A stretch of 22,757 nt of DNA, counting the filler. It is 4 parts of 4 records of this genome, joined end to end, with 100 filler letters (N's around TTAATTAATTAA, not from the genome) between each part and the next. Parts side by side here need not be neighbours in the genome. Positions count along the whole stretch, not along the records: positions 5,224 to 10,765 come from SRR31156797_303186; positions 10,866 to 16,229 come from SRR31156797_332823; positions 16,330 to 22,757 come from SRR31156797_343381; 1 more part is not named here. One strand, 5' to 3'. Below are positions 7,251-16,344 of the stretch, piece after piece. A program made the position numbers and the translations under genes. Numbering within the stretch: position 1 is the stretch's first letter; each line of letters starts with the position of its first letter. Below the pieces are notes generated by a model. That model saw only the letters and a list, made by a program, of their open reading frames with translations, ran no database searches and was not told where the DNA came from.

Positions 7251-7265
7251 TTCGGCCCTCCTTTT
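7239..7265 (+). terminator. Intrinsic terminator-like hairpin
   Basis: Perfect inverted repeat GGAGGGCCGAA-C-TTCGGCCCTCC (7239-7261) followed by TTTT. Confidence 0.6.
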
Positions 7266-7501
7266 CCCTATTTCGGCCATTTCTGGGTTTAGCCCTACTT
7301 TTTGATACGATTGTCCCTCCTCTCGGGTTCGGCCTGGTGGGCTCCGGCCGAGCGGCCGGTCCTTCTCTGCCGCTTCCACCCTCCGCCTTGGTCCCCCGCA
7401 TTCTGCCCCAGGCACATCGTAACTGTTGTCTTGTGCGGTAGTTGTGTCGTCACTGGCCCGCCTGGCCCCCTCCGGTCCGCATTCGCTCCTCACGGAAACC
7501 G

Positions 7502-7529
7502 TTGACACCAGCGGTCTGACCTCTAAGGT
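7502..7529 (+). promoter_or_regulatory. Sigma70-type promoter for the msrC-hydrolase genes
   Basis: TTGACA (7502-7507), 16-nt spacer, TAAGGT (7524-7529), 60 nt upstream of the ATG at 7589. Confidence 0.55.
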
Positions 7530-7588
7530 AGCAGGGACAAGAGATCGACGCCGACCCTTGCCGTATCCGGGACCGGAGCTTCTTGCCG

Positions 7589-8062
7589 ATGGGTGACAGA
7601 GACAAGCAGGCATCGTACGATAGGGTGCTCCCTCATATCCGGGCACTGATCGCGGACGAGACGGATGCGATCGCCGTGATGGCGACGGTGGTCTGCGAAT
7701 TGTACCACAACTTCGAGACGTTCGATTGGACGGGATTCTATCGGGTGGTCGCGCCGGGGTTGCTGAAGGTCGGGCCGTATCAGGGTGGGCATGGCTGCTT
7801 GCAGATTCCCTTTGGTCGGGGCGTTTGCGGGGCGGCCGCCCGGCGGCGCCGGACGCTGGTGGTGGACGATGTGCGGGAGTTTGCGGGCCATATCGCCTGC
7901 TCGGCCACGACGCGGGCGGAGATTGTGGTCCCGGTACTCGATGCGGCGGGGGAACTGATCGCCGTGCTCGACGTCGACTCGAACCAGGTCGATGCGTTCG
8001 ATGCCATCGATCGCGTCAACCTGGAGGCGGTTTGTGAAATGGTGGGCAAAGCAGCGTCATAA
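7589..8062 (+). CDS. msrC: GAF-domain free methionine-(R)-sulfoxide reductase (fRMsr)
   Basis: WTGFY, VGPYQGGHGCLQIPFGRGVCG, GHIACSATTRAEIVVP and VLDVDS are characteristic fRMsr/YebR motifs, with the Cys residues retained. ATG at 7589 follows GGAG. Confidence 0.85.
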   Translation: MGDRDKQASYDRVLPHIRALIADETDAIAVMATVVCELYHNFETFDWTGFYRVVAPGLLKVGPYQGGHGCLQIPFGRGVCGAAARRRRTLVVDDVREFAGHIACSATTRAEIVVPVLDAAGELIAVLDVDSNQVDAFDAIDRVNLEAVCEMVGKAAS

Positions 8063-8078
8063 TTTTGGAGACTTAACG

Positions 8079-9080
8079 ATGAGAAGATCGATGTTTCTGG
8101 CCGGATGCGTTGTCTTGATGTCGGTGACGCTGGCCTGCGGACAATCCCAGCCGTGGCTGGGCGTGCACGTGCTGATGGCCGGCAGCGACAAGACGACGCA
8201 ACTGACCGACGTGGTGGACGAGCTGGCGGGCGTCGGTATCAACACGATCGTCGCCGAGATCAACTACGGGTACGAATACCAATCGCATCCGGAGTTGCGG
8301 ACGGGCAATGCCAGCAGTGCCGCGCAGATTAAGAAGCTGGTGGCCGCCTGCCGCCAGCACCACGTCCGACTGATCCCGCAGTTTCAATGCCTGGGCCATC
8401 AGTCCTGGAGCAAGCACACCTATCCGCTGCTGATCAAGTATCCGCAGTTCGACGAGACGCCGGGGAAGTTCCCCGAGAACAAGGACATCTACTGCCGCAG
8501 TTGGTGCCCGCTGCATCCGGAGGTCAACCCGATCATCTTTGAACTGATGGACGAGCTGATCGCGGTCTTCGGGGCCGATGCGTTTCATGTGGGGATGGAC
8601 GAAGTGTTTCTGATCGGTGATGACGACTGTCCGCGCTGCCAGGGCAAGGACAAGGCGGAGCTGTTCGCCAAGGCGGTCAACGATTACCATCAGCACTTAG
8701 TCGGCAAGCACCAGCTGGAGATGCTGATCTGGGGCGACCGGTTGATCGATGCGAACGAGATCAAATATGGTACGTGGGAGGCCAGTGCGAACGATACGGC
8801 CGGCGCGGCCGATCTGATCTCAAAGGACATCATCATCTGCGACTGGCACTACGAGCCGCGGGAGGCGTACGAATCGGTGCCGATGTTTCTGGAGAAGGGC
8901 TTTCGGGTCTGGCCCGCCAGTTGGCGCAAGCCCGACGCGGCGCAGGCGCTGGTGGACTACTCCCGCACGCTGGACCATCCCAGGATGCTGGGCCATCTCA
9001 ATACGGTATGGGGGGCCGCGCCGATGAAGGACCTGGCGAGTTTCGAGCCCCTGCTTTACTCGGTACGCACCTTCCGCTAG
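8079..9080 (+). CDS. Secreted glycoside hydrolase family 20-like (hexosaminidase-type TIM barrel)
   Basis: ATG at 8079 after a GGAG RBS; signal peptide MRRSMFLAGCVVLMSVTLA; IPQFQCLGH, catalytic FHVGMDE, IWGD and CDWHY. Confidence 0.82.
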   Translation: MRRSMFLAGCVVLMSVTLACGQSQPWLGVHVLMAGSDKTTQLTDVVDELAGVGINTIVAEINYGYEYQSHPELRTGNASSAAQIKKLVAACRQHHVRLIPQFQCLGHQSWSKHTYPLLIKYPQFDETPGKFPENKDIYCRSWCPLHPEVNPIIFELMDELIAVFGADAFHVGMDEVFLIGDDDCPRCQGKDKAELFAKAVNDYHQHLVGKHQLEMLIWGDRLIDANEIKYGTWEASANDTAGAADLISKDIIICDWHYEPREAYESVPMFLEKGFRVWPASWRKPDAAQALVDYSRTLDHPRMLGHLNTVWGAAPMKDLASFEPLLYSVRTFR

Positions 9081-9109
9081 GCTATGGGCGGAAAATGGAG
9101 GATCAGTTC

Positions 9110-10765
9110 ATGACCGACAAACTCAATCGCCGTGACTTTCTCGAAACCGCCGGAATTGGCGCCGCGACACTGGCTCTGCCTTCCGGTGTCCTGTCTTTGG
9201 CTCAGGCGGCTACCCAGGGAGCGACCGCGAAACTTCCCGCCGAATGGCTCGACCCGCCGCGGGAGTTCTCCCAGGCGCCGTTTTGGTTCTGGAACGACGA
9301 GCTCTCGCAAGAAGAACTGGCGCGACAGATGGATGACTTCCAGGCGCACGGCGTGCACGCCTTCGTGATCCATCCGCGCGCCGGACTGCCCAGGAGTATC
9401 CCTTGGCTGGGTGAGCGGATGATCGATTTCATGCGCTTCACCATCGAGCAGGCCGCGAAACGCGATATGTGGGTCATCCTCTACGACGAGGGCATGTACC
9501 CGAGCGGATCGTCCAGCGGTCAGGTGGTGGCGGAGAATCCCGCCTATCGCACGCGCGGCTTGGTGTGCGTCGATCTGGATGAGGCCAAGCCCGATACGGA
9601 CGTGCAGGGCGTGCGGATCGGCAGCGACGGCGAACCGGAGCTGGCGGCGGGCCAGACGCTGGTGGCGATCGCCAAGCGTAAGCAGAACGGCCATCGCATT
9701 GCGGTGATCGATCGGGCCGCGCGCGAGGGCCGCTCCTATATTCGCGGTCTGCACTTCGTCGACGACGATCCGCCCCGGCGGGCCAATCGTCGGGAGGTGG
9801 GAGAGAACCATCCACCCGGCGGCGACATTCTGAACCCTGACGCGACCGCCTGCTTCATTCGTCTGGTCTATCAGAAATATTACGACGAGTTCGGCGACCA
9901 TTTCGGTAAGACGGTCAAGGCGATCTTCACGGACGAACCTTCGCTATTGGCCAAGGGGGCCGAACGGGGCATGGTTCCGGGCACGACCGGAATCCTCGAA
10001 CACGTCAGTGCTATCCTCGGCTACGATTTCACCGAGCATTTGCCCGCCCTGTGGTACAAGGACGAGCCCGACGCTGAGCGGCTGCGCCGCGATTACAACC
10101 GGGCCTTGCAGGCGCGACTGGAGCAGACGTTCTACCGTCCGATCTCGCAGTGGTGTAGTGCCCACGGCGTCGCCCTGACCGGCCATCCGATGGGCCCGGA
10201 CGATATCGGGCACTTGCGTCACTTCCACATGCCCGGTCAGGACATCGTCTGGCGCTACATCGAGCCAGGCAAGGCGAGCGCCCTCGAAGGCGAGCAGTCC
10301 ACCCAGGGCAAGTGTGCCTCGTCGGCGATGATCCATCTGCAGCGCCGGCGCAACCTCAACGAATACTGCGGTGCTTACGGCCACAACTTCACGTTCGAGG
10401 AGATGCAGTGGCTGGCGCACTGGCTGCTGGTTCGTGGCTGCAATCTGCTCTCGCCCCACGCGTTCTACTATTCAATCCGCGGCCCGCGCGTCGATGAAAG
10501 GCCGCCGGACGTCGGGCCCAACAACACGTGGTGGCCACAGTTCAAGCCGTTTGCCCAGGCGACGTCCCGCTTGTGCTGGCTCAATACCGACAGCACGCAC
10601 GTCTGCGGCCTGGCCATTCTGGGCCGCAACGACTATCAGCCCTGGCGGCCGGCGAAGGGGTGCTTCCAGCATCAGCGCGATTTCAATTACCTCGAAGCGC
10701 GCCACTTGTGGGAGGACGCCCGGGTCGATGCCGAGGGAATTCATCTAGCCGGCATGCATTACCGG
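9110..10765 (+). CDS. Tat-exported glycoside hydrolase, GH106 (alpha-L-rhamnosidase)-like, 3'-truncated
   Basis: ATG at 9110 after GGAGG; Tat motif NRRDFL; PFWFWND, IHPRAGL, LYDEGMYPSG, IFTDEP, LTGH and HAFYYS. Runs into the gap. Confidence 0.75.
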
Positions 10766-10865
10766 NNNNNNNNNNNNNNNNNNNNNNNNNNNNNNNNNNN
10801 NNNNNNNNNTTAATTAATTAANNNNNNNNNNNNNNNNNNNNNNNNNNNNNNNNNNNNNNNNNNNN
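10766..10865. other. Artificial contig spacer
   Basis: 100 nt of N with TTAATTAATTAA at 10810-10821. Confidence 0.98.
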
Positions 10866-10942
10866 GCCAGCACAAGTGTCGCAACGCCAAGCAACAAGAG
10901 AAGTTTCATCAAGTTTTCGCTGGTTATGTCGGCGTCAATCAT
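10866..10942 (-). CDS. 5' fragment of an exported or membrane protein, truncated by the gap
   Basis: ATG at 10942 after GGAAGG; MIDADITSENLMKLLLLLGVATLVLA, open to the contig end; starts about 40 nt downstream of the lipoprotein stop. Confidence 0.45.
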
Positions 10943-10983
10943 ACCGCACGCCTTCCATGGTCCGTCGAGTCGGCGCGCGAGGA

Positions 10984-11769
10984 CTACTTTCCGTAGGTCT
11001 CAACAATGCTCGGCCACTGGCGCTCGAAGGCCCGCACGAATTGCTCGAAGGCCTGCCGCTCGGTTGTCAGCCGTAAGCGGTCGCAGGCGTTCTTACTGGA
11101 GATGGCCGAGGTGGTTGCCCCTTCACGAACCGTTTCTTCAACAGTTCCGTAGATATAGCCGCTGCGCGTATCCACCAGCAAGGCCGAAACCGTCGTGATC
11201 ACGCGGACGTCGATGGTCGGGCCAAACCCAAGTGAGACCACACTCAACGGTGTGGATTTGTCCGTGTTGAGAAACGTCGTATCAACCGTGTAGATCAGGA
11301 CCATGTCCGCCTGCAATCGCGCCGCCGCCTGCCGCAGGTCCTTGTCGGACTGGAACGAACTCGGCAGGAGCAGTTGGCTCAGTGGCGCGATGGCCGCAAG
11401 GGACGGAAGTTTCCCGAGCCGTTCGAAATCCTCCTCCTTCTCAATGTCGCGGACGGTCACAACACTGTAGTTGCCTCCACCGACGCCTTCGGCCGTCATG
11501 GATTTGTAGCCCGGCTCCTGAATCCGCACGACAACAAGGTGTGCCGGGAATTCCGCGGTGGGTTTGCGACGCACGATCTCGATATCGCTGCCGTCGTCGC
11601 GCTGCGCCTCCGCCTGAGCCCCCGGCGTGGGCGTCCCGGGGCTCCGTTCGGCCACCGCCTCAAAATTTGCCCCGCGACCCGGAACGGTGTAGCTACCGCA
11701 TCCACATACGCTGAACCCAACCAGCACCAGGCAGAAACTCACAATCACTCTGGCATTACCCTGCAACAT
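10984..11769 (-). CDS. Putative lipoprotein of unknown function
   Basis: Signal peptide with lipobox-like V-C-G-C24. The alpha/beta domain has LRQAAARLQADMVLIY and SALLVDTRSGYIY, reminiscent of the CsgG/TolB-N-like fold (inference). Confidence 0.75.
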   Translation of the reverse strand: MLQGNARVIVSFCLVLVGFSVCGCGSYTVPGRGANFEAVAERSPGTPTPGAQAEAQRDDGSDIEIVRRKPTAEFPAHLVVVRIQEPGYKSMTAEGVGGGNYSVVTVRDIEKEEDFERLGKLPSLAAIAPLSQLLLPSSFQSDKDLRQAAARLQADMVLIYTVDTTFLNTDKSTPLSVVSLGFGPTIDVRVITTVSALLVDTRSGYIYGTVEETVREGATTSAISSKNACDRLRLTTERQAFEQFVRAFERQWPSIVETYGK

Positions 11770-11877
11770 AGCGACAACTCCTTAGCCTCAACAACTCATT
11801 GACTCTTATTCCTCTCTGCGAAACCGCACGTGTGCTCCCCCGTCTCGCGTAGGGACGCCTCCGTAGCCAGCGCGATA

Positions 11878-12696
11878 TCATCGCAGAACCTGTCCCGGAT
11901 CAGAACGCCTAAGAGATTCCTTCCTGCTGCGCCACGCGAAGACGTGACGCAGGAGGACGACAAGGGCGACCAGCCAAATTCCCGTGATGCCCCAGAGGAC
12001 GGCCAGGAACGGGGTCGGTGCCAGGCGCTCGACCGCCTTGAGGACGAGTCCGCCCACGACGACGTAGGCGTTGCCCCAGGCCCCGGCACGGAAGAAGGCC
12101 ACCGGTGCCTCCGGATTGCCGATGAACGGGCGCAGTACCCAGCCCATCTGGATGCCTACAAAGGCGTAGAGGACGAACCATCCCCACAGCAGGTGCCGAT
12201 GCCTGGGCTCGCGCTGGATCAGCGGGCGATAGTAGCGCCGCACCACGATCTGGGCGGCCCCGCTGGCGACACCGAACATAACCATATTGAACAGAATGAT
12301 CAGGTCATAGTCGGCACACGAGACGTACCAGAACGCTGTGATGGGCGCCAGGGCGGCCAGCACCACGGTGACGCAGGACTGGGTGGCGATCAGGGCGCGC
12401 AAGACCTGGCCGAAATCATCGCGCAGTCCGGCAATCGTGTTCATGACGAAGAAGCTGGGCAGACACAGCGCGAACGTCGCCAGCAGCAGCAGAGGAACCT
12501 TCACGCCGGAGTAGAGTAGCTGGTGAAATCGCCCGGGCTGCAAACCACTGAAGCTTCCCATGACGGCACCGTAGAACAGGCCGCAACTGACCAAAAAAAC
12601 CAGCAGCCAGCGCAGACGCCCGAGCAGAGGCGCATCGATGGCGAAGATGCCCTTACCACGAAGAAAATCGTCAGTCGCCTGGAAGAACGCGTGCAT
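11878..12696 (-). CDS. Multi-pass membrane protein (Yip1-like topology), paralogue of 12696-13487
   Basis: Five to six hydrophobic helices; motifs FYGAVMG, SGVKVPLL and VGIQMGWVLRPFIG. TGATG overlap with the upstream gene. Confidence 0.85.
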   Translation of the reverse strand: MHAFFQATDDFLRGKGIFAIDAPLLGRLRWLLVFLVSCGLFYGAVMGSFSGLQPGRFHQLLYSGVKVPLLLLATFALCLPSFFVMNTIAGLRDDFGQVLRALIATQSCVTVVLAALAPITAFWYVSCADYDLIILFNMVMFGVASGAAQIVVRRYYRPLIQREPRHRHLLWGWFVLYAFVGIQMGWVLRPFIGNPEAPVAFFRAGAWGNAYVVVGGLVLKAVERLAPTPFLAVLWGITGIWLVALVVLLRHVFAWRSRKESLRRSDPGQVLR

Positions 12697-13487
12697 CAGA
12701 CACCGAACAAGTCGCCGATCGTGCGGAAGATGTCCACGAAGATATTTGCCTCACGGACCCGGAACCATTGGAATGGGATATCCGGGGCCCCGATGAATGG
12801 ACGCAGAACCCAGCCCATCTGAGCGCCCACCAGCCCATAGATGACCAGCCAGATCCGAAACGTCGTGCGGGCCATGTCCCCTTGCGACGGTCGCGGCATC
12901 GGCTTGGGCGCGGCCTTCGAATCCGAACTGTCACCGGCCTGATCGTTCGTGACTGGTTTCGCTTCCGCCACGACGGGCGGCGCCTGGGCTGCATCGAGCT
13001 TGGCCAGCATGGTGAGCAGAACTTTCAGACCGATGGCCCCTGAGACGGCGAAGAAGAAAAAATTCAGCAGCTTCATGAACGGATAGCTGGACGTGCTGAG
13101 CGTGAAGAATCCGGTAATCGGTCCGAGCGAGGCCAGCACGGCCAGATTGGCGGCGATCGGCGCCAGGATCAGCCGCAGCGTGTCCTTCGGGCTCAGACGA
13201 ACACCCATCAGCGCGCTGAAGACGTACAGCGACGGGAACGTGATGATCAGCGTCAGGATAAACAGCAGTGGCACCTTGACCGCCGACGCGAACATCTGGG
13301 CATAACACGGCGGCGTCCGCGTCAACACCGCGTAGAGCCCCATGAACAGACCATAGATGACCCCAAGCAAAATGGACACGCCCACCAGGGGCTTGATGTG
13401 GATGTGGGCCGTGCCGCCCGCCAGCAGCTCCGTATCCCCCTTATGCCCGCGCAGAACCTCGTCGAGTTCCTTGAACCACTGAGTCAT
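12696..13487 (-). CDS. Multi-pass membrane protein (Yip1-like topology), paralogue of 11878-12696
   Basis: Motifs IYGLFMG, SAVKVPLL and VGAQMGWVLRPFIG; Pro/Ala/Asp-rich loop before the last helix; GGGAGAG RBS. Confidence 0.85.
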   Translation of the reverse strand: MTQWFKELDEVLRGHKGDTELLAGGTAHIHIKPLVGVSILLGVIYGLFMGLYAVLTRTPPCYAQMFASAVKVPLLFILTLIITFPSLYVFSALMGVRLSPKDTLRLILAPIAANLAVLASLGPITGFFTLSTSSYPFMKLLNFFFFAVSGAIGLKVLLTMLAKLDAAQAPPVVAEAKPVTNDQAGDSSDSKAAPKPMPRPSQGDMARTTFRIWLVIYGLVGAQMGWVLRPFIGAPDIPFQWFRVREANIFVDIFRTIGDLFGV

Positions 13488-13674
13488 CGCTGCTCTCCCC
13501 TTCCCTTACAGCCCGATTCCCGTTGTCCGCAATGCTCGCCGTGGCAAGCCGGGGTCTCCCCCGTCACACTGCTTTCCACTATAGGACATTTATGGCCCGC
13601 GGGTCACGGGAATTCAAGGGAAAACTCCCCTCGTGACCTCCCGACGCGACCGGGACTCCGCAGGGACACGGTGA

Positions 13675-13947
13675 CTAGAACAGGGCTTCTTCCTCGGAAT
13701 CGGTGTCCCCATCCACCGGGTCGGGTTCGTCCCGATCGACCTTGGAGATCTTTTCGATGCGCTGCTCCGCCTCGTGCAAAATACCCCGGCAGCGCTGGAT
13801 CAGCGCCATGCCCTGCTCATATTGTTCGAGGCTGTCCTGGAGCGGGATTTCGCCCTGCTCGATCTGCTCGACAATCTCTTTGAGGCGCTTGATCGAATCT
13901 TCGAAATTCAGCTTGTTGACATCGCTTTTCGTCTTCTTTTCAGCCAT
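13675..13947 (-). CDS. xseB: Exodeoxyribonuclease VII small subunit
   Basis: LNFEDSIKRLKEIVEQIEQGEIPLQDSLEQYEQGMALIQRCRGILHEAEQRIE; directly downstream of xseA. Start placed at MAEKK (13947). Confidence 0.96.
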   Translation of the reverse strand: MAEKKTKSDVNKLNFEDSIKRLKEIVEQIEQGEIPLQDSLEQYEQGMALIQRCRGILHEAEQRIEKISKVDRDEPDPVDGDTDSEEEALF

Positions 13948-13966
13948 AGCATCAAATCCTTGTAGA

Positions 13967-13993
13967 ATAGGCCCCATAGGTCCTGTAGGACCT
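13967..13993 (+). repeat. 9-bp degenerate tandem repeat (3 units) between xseA and xseB
   Basis: ATAGGCCCC ATAGGTCCT GTAGGACCT. Confidence 0.7.
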
Positions 13994-15431
13994 ATTCCGA
14001 ACGCTTGCGGCGTCCGGACTTGCCCGTGACTTCGCTTTCGATCGTCGTCTCGTGGGCCAATTCCGTCACCATACGATCGCCCACCTGAATATCATCCGCG
14101 GTCCGCACGACGCGTCCGGTCTGTTTGTTCATGGTGATACTGTAACCCCGCTTCAGCACCGATTTCGGGTCCAGCCCGGCCAGATGGCCCTCCTGCCCCG
14201 CCAGTTGCATGCGCTTGCCGTTCATCACCGTCGCGAAGGCGGCGCGGCAACGGGTATTCAGTTGGTCCACCCGCGCGCTTGCGCGGTCGACGCGTCGCTG
14301 CAAGGCGGCGCTACTGCGGCTCTGCAATTCGCCCAGCGTCACGGCCCATCGGCCCAGCAAGCGGTGCGGCTCGATCTTGACCACCTGCTCGTAGAGCCCT
14401 TGAAGGTCCGTCCATCCCTCGGCCAACTGAGCTCGAACGGCCTCGGCCAAATCGCTCGTCAGCTCGTCCACATGCTGTTCCCGGTTGCGAATCGGCAACA
14501 GCGGATTCCGAAAGACCGAGCTGGCCAGCACCGTCTGCAAATGCTGGGCACTCAAGTCGAGACACGACTTCGCCTGGCCGGCCAGACGCCGCTCCTGATG
14601 GGCCAGATCGGCCAGCACATCGCGCATATCGGGCACGGCCACCACCCCCGCCTTCGTCGGCGTCGACGCGCGGGCATCGGCCACAAAATCCGCCACCGTG
14701 GTATCCACCTCGTGACCAACGGCGCTGATGATCGGAATCTTCGACGCGAACATCGCCCGGGCCAGCACCTCCTCGTTGAAGGCCCAGAGGTCCTCCAGCG
14801 AACCGCCCCCGCGACCAACGATCAACAGGTCTAGTTTGAGCCGTTTGTTGCGTCGGTTGAGGTCGCCAATCGCGGCGGCAATCTGCGCGGCCGCCCCTTC
14901 GCCCTGCACCGAGACCGGATATAAATACAGCCTGGTGCAAGGCCAGCGCTGGTGGACGCTGTCGGCAATGTCGTGCACGGCCGCGCCGGATTCGCTGGTC
15001 AGGATGCCGATCCGCTCGGGAAACGCCGGGATGGGCTGCTTGTGCTGCTCTTCGAACAGGCCTTCGGCACGCAGTTTCTTGACCATTTGTTCGTAGGCCA
15101 ACTGCAACGCGCCGACGCCGGCAGGCTGCATCGCCTCGACCACGAAGCTATACCGACCCTGTGGCACGTAGACATTGACGTATCCCGTCGCCAACACGGC
15201 CAGACCGTTCTCGGCCCGGAAGCGCAGCTTCGCGGCCTTGGGTTTCCACATCGCACACGGGAGAACCGACCCTTCATCCTTCAGCGAGAAGTAGCAGTGC
15301 CCGCTATGGTGTTGCTTCCAGCCGGTGATCTCGCCCTGGACTGCGAGCCGGCCCGGCAGGCTCGTCTCCAGCACCTCTTTGACCAGCGAATTGACCTCAC
15401 TGACGGTATAGGTCGTCGTCTTTGTCTGCAT
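13992..15431 (-). CDS. xseA: Exodeoxyribonuclease VII large subunit
   Basis: ATG at 15431 after GGAGGA; YTVSEVN, GEI..W..H.SGHCYFSLKD, IVGRGGGSLEDLWAFNEE, ISAVGHEVD, ADARASTPT and PKSVLKRGYS. Confidence 0.97.
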   Translation of the reverse strand: MQTKTTTYTVSEVNSLVKEVLETSLPGRLAVQGEITGWKQHHSGHCYFSLKDEGSVLPCAMWKPKAAKLRFRAENGLAVLATGYVNVYVPQGRYSFVVEAMQPAGVGALQLAYEQMVKKLRAEGLFEEQHKQPIPAFPERIGILTSESGAAVHDIADSVHQRWPCTRLYLYPVSVQGEGAAAQIAAAIGDLNRRNKRLKLDLLIVGRGGGSLEDLWAFNEEVLARAMFASKIPIISAVGHEVDTTVADFVADARASTPTKAGVVAVPDMRDVLADLAHQERRLAGQAKSCLDLSAQHLQTVLASSVFRNPLLPIRNREQHVDELTSDLAEAVRAQLAEGWTDLQGLYEQVVKIEPHRLLGRWAVTLGELQSRSSAALQRRVDRASARVDQLNTRCRAAFATVMNGKRMQLAGQEGHLAGLDPKSVLKRGYSITMNKQTGRVVRTADDIQVGDRMVTELAHETTIESEVTGKSGRRKRSE

Positions 15432-15453
15432 CCGTCCTCCTTGACACGTGTCG

Positions 15454-16229
15454 CTATTTGACCAGCACGACCCAGTACCCCTTCGAAGGGCATTCCAGAG
15501 ACACAGTGCCATCCATCTGCGGTGATTTCACTTCCACCCATTGGGATTTCATGATATCCAGCCACTGGGTCGTCACCGGCTCGTCGATCGGATTGATATT
15601 CAGGGTGACGCTACCGCCTTTGGGGAAGTACACGGCATATTCGGTCCCGGGGTTGGCCAGGCAATAGGCCTCGTTCTCCTCGCGCCCCGCCAGCAGATCG
15701 TTGTGGGGCTCACACGCAAACACGTGCATCTTGTCCAGCAGCATGCGCATGCTCTTGATGTTGGCCTGGGCATTGGCGCCCAGTCCTTGTCCGGAGTCGG
15801 GCCGGTGGAAGCGGGCGGCCGCGAGGCCACCCATGATATTGCGCCAGAACCGTTCCATGCCGTCGCGGTCGTTCCCAAAACGACCCGTATCGGCCCCATA
15901 GATCTTCACGCAGTTCAAGGGCCGACGTTTATCCGCGATGCGCCGGCGCTGCTTCTGGGCATTGTCCCAGTGGGCCTGTCGCTTCTGATGGTTGTTCTGC
16001 GAGATGTCCACGAACGAGTAGATCTCGGGATGGTCGAACGTCGCGTTGTGCTGATCGCTGGCCAGGTCCCAATCATCCCACATTTCGGTCGTGTGGACCA
16101 TCACACCGGCCGCTCTGGCCTTGGCGCCAATGAACTTGGACCAGTACCAGCCCCACTCGGGCGTCACCGACGTCTCGTTGTCCATGCAGTAGAGGACGTT
16201 CCCATGCGGCAGCGAGATGGAAAGCAGCT
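15454..16229 (-). CDS. C-terminal part of a DUF4038/glycoside-hydrolase-like protein with a putative collagen-binding-like beta domain, 5'-truncated
   Basis: Frame open to the contig end (LLSISLPHGNVLYCMDNETS, containing a clan-A-like NE motif); C-terminal AYCLANPGTEYAVYFPKGGSVTLN...QWLD. Confidence 0.65.
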
Positions 16230-16329
16230 NNNNNNNNNNNNNNNNNNNNNNNNNNNNNNNNNNNNNNNNNNNNTTAATTAATTAANNNNNNNNNNNNNNN
16301 NNNNNNNNNNNNNNNNNNNNNNNNNNNNN
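16230..16329. other. Artificial contig spacer
   Basis: 100 nt of N with TTAATTAATTAA at 16274-16285. Confidence 0.98.
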
Positions 16330-16344
16330 AGGAGGTCCGAAACC

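Noticed and set aside
7131-7646. 171-aa minus-strand ORF and other small ORFs in the vanZ-msrC gap
   Set aside because: Low-complexity Arg/Gly/Pro translations overlapping msrC, repeats and hairpins, with no motif.
8774-9109. N-terminal extensions in the ORF track (here, and at 7992, 15512, 17111 and 20555)
   Set aside because: They overlap neighbouring genes. Downstream ATGs have clear RBSs and family-typical N-termini.
11830-11877. GTAGGGACG as a GTAG-type REP
   Set aside because: Single short imperfect hairpin with no second copy in the window.
5124-16329. TTAATTAATTAA repeated three times as a biological repeat, and functional links across the gaps
   Set aside because: It sits at the same offset in identical 100-nt N blocks, so it is an assembly linker. 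Contig order is arbitrary.
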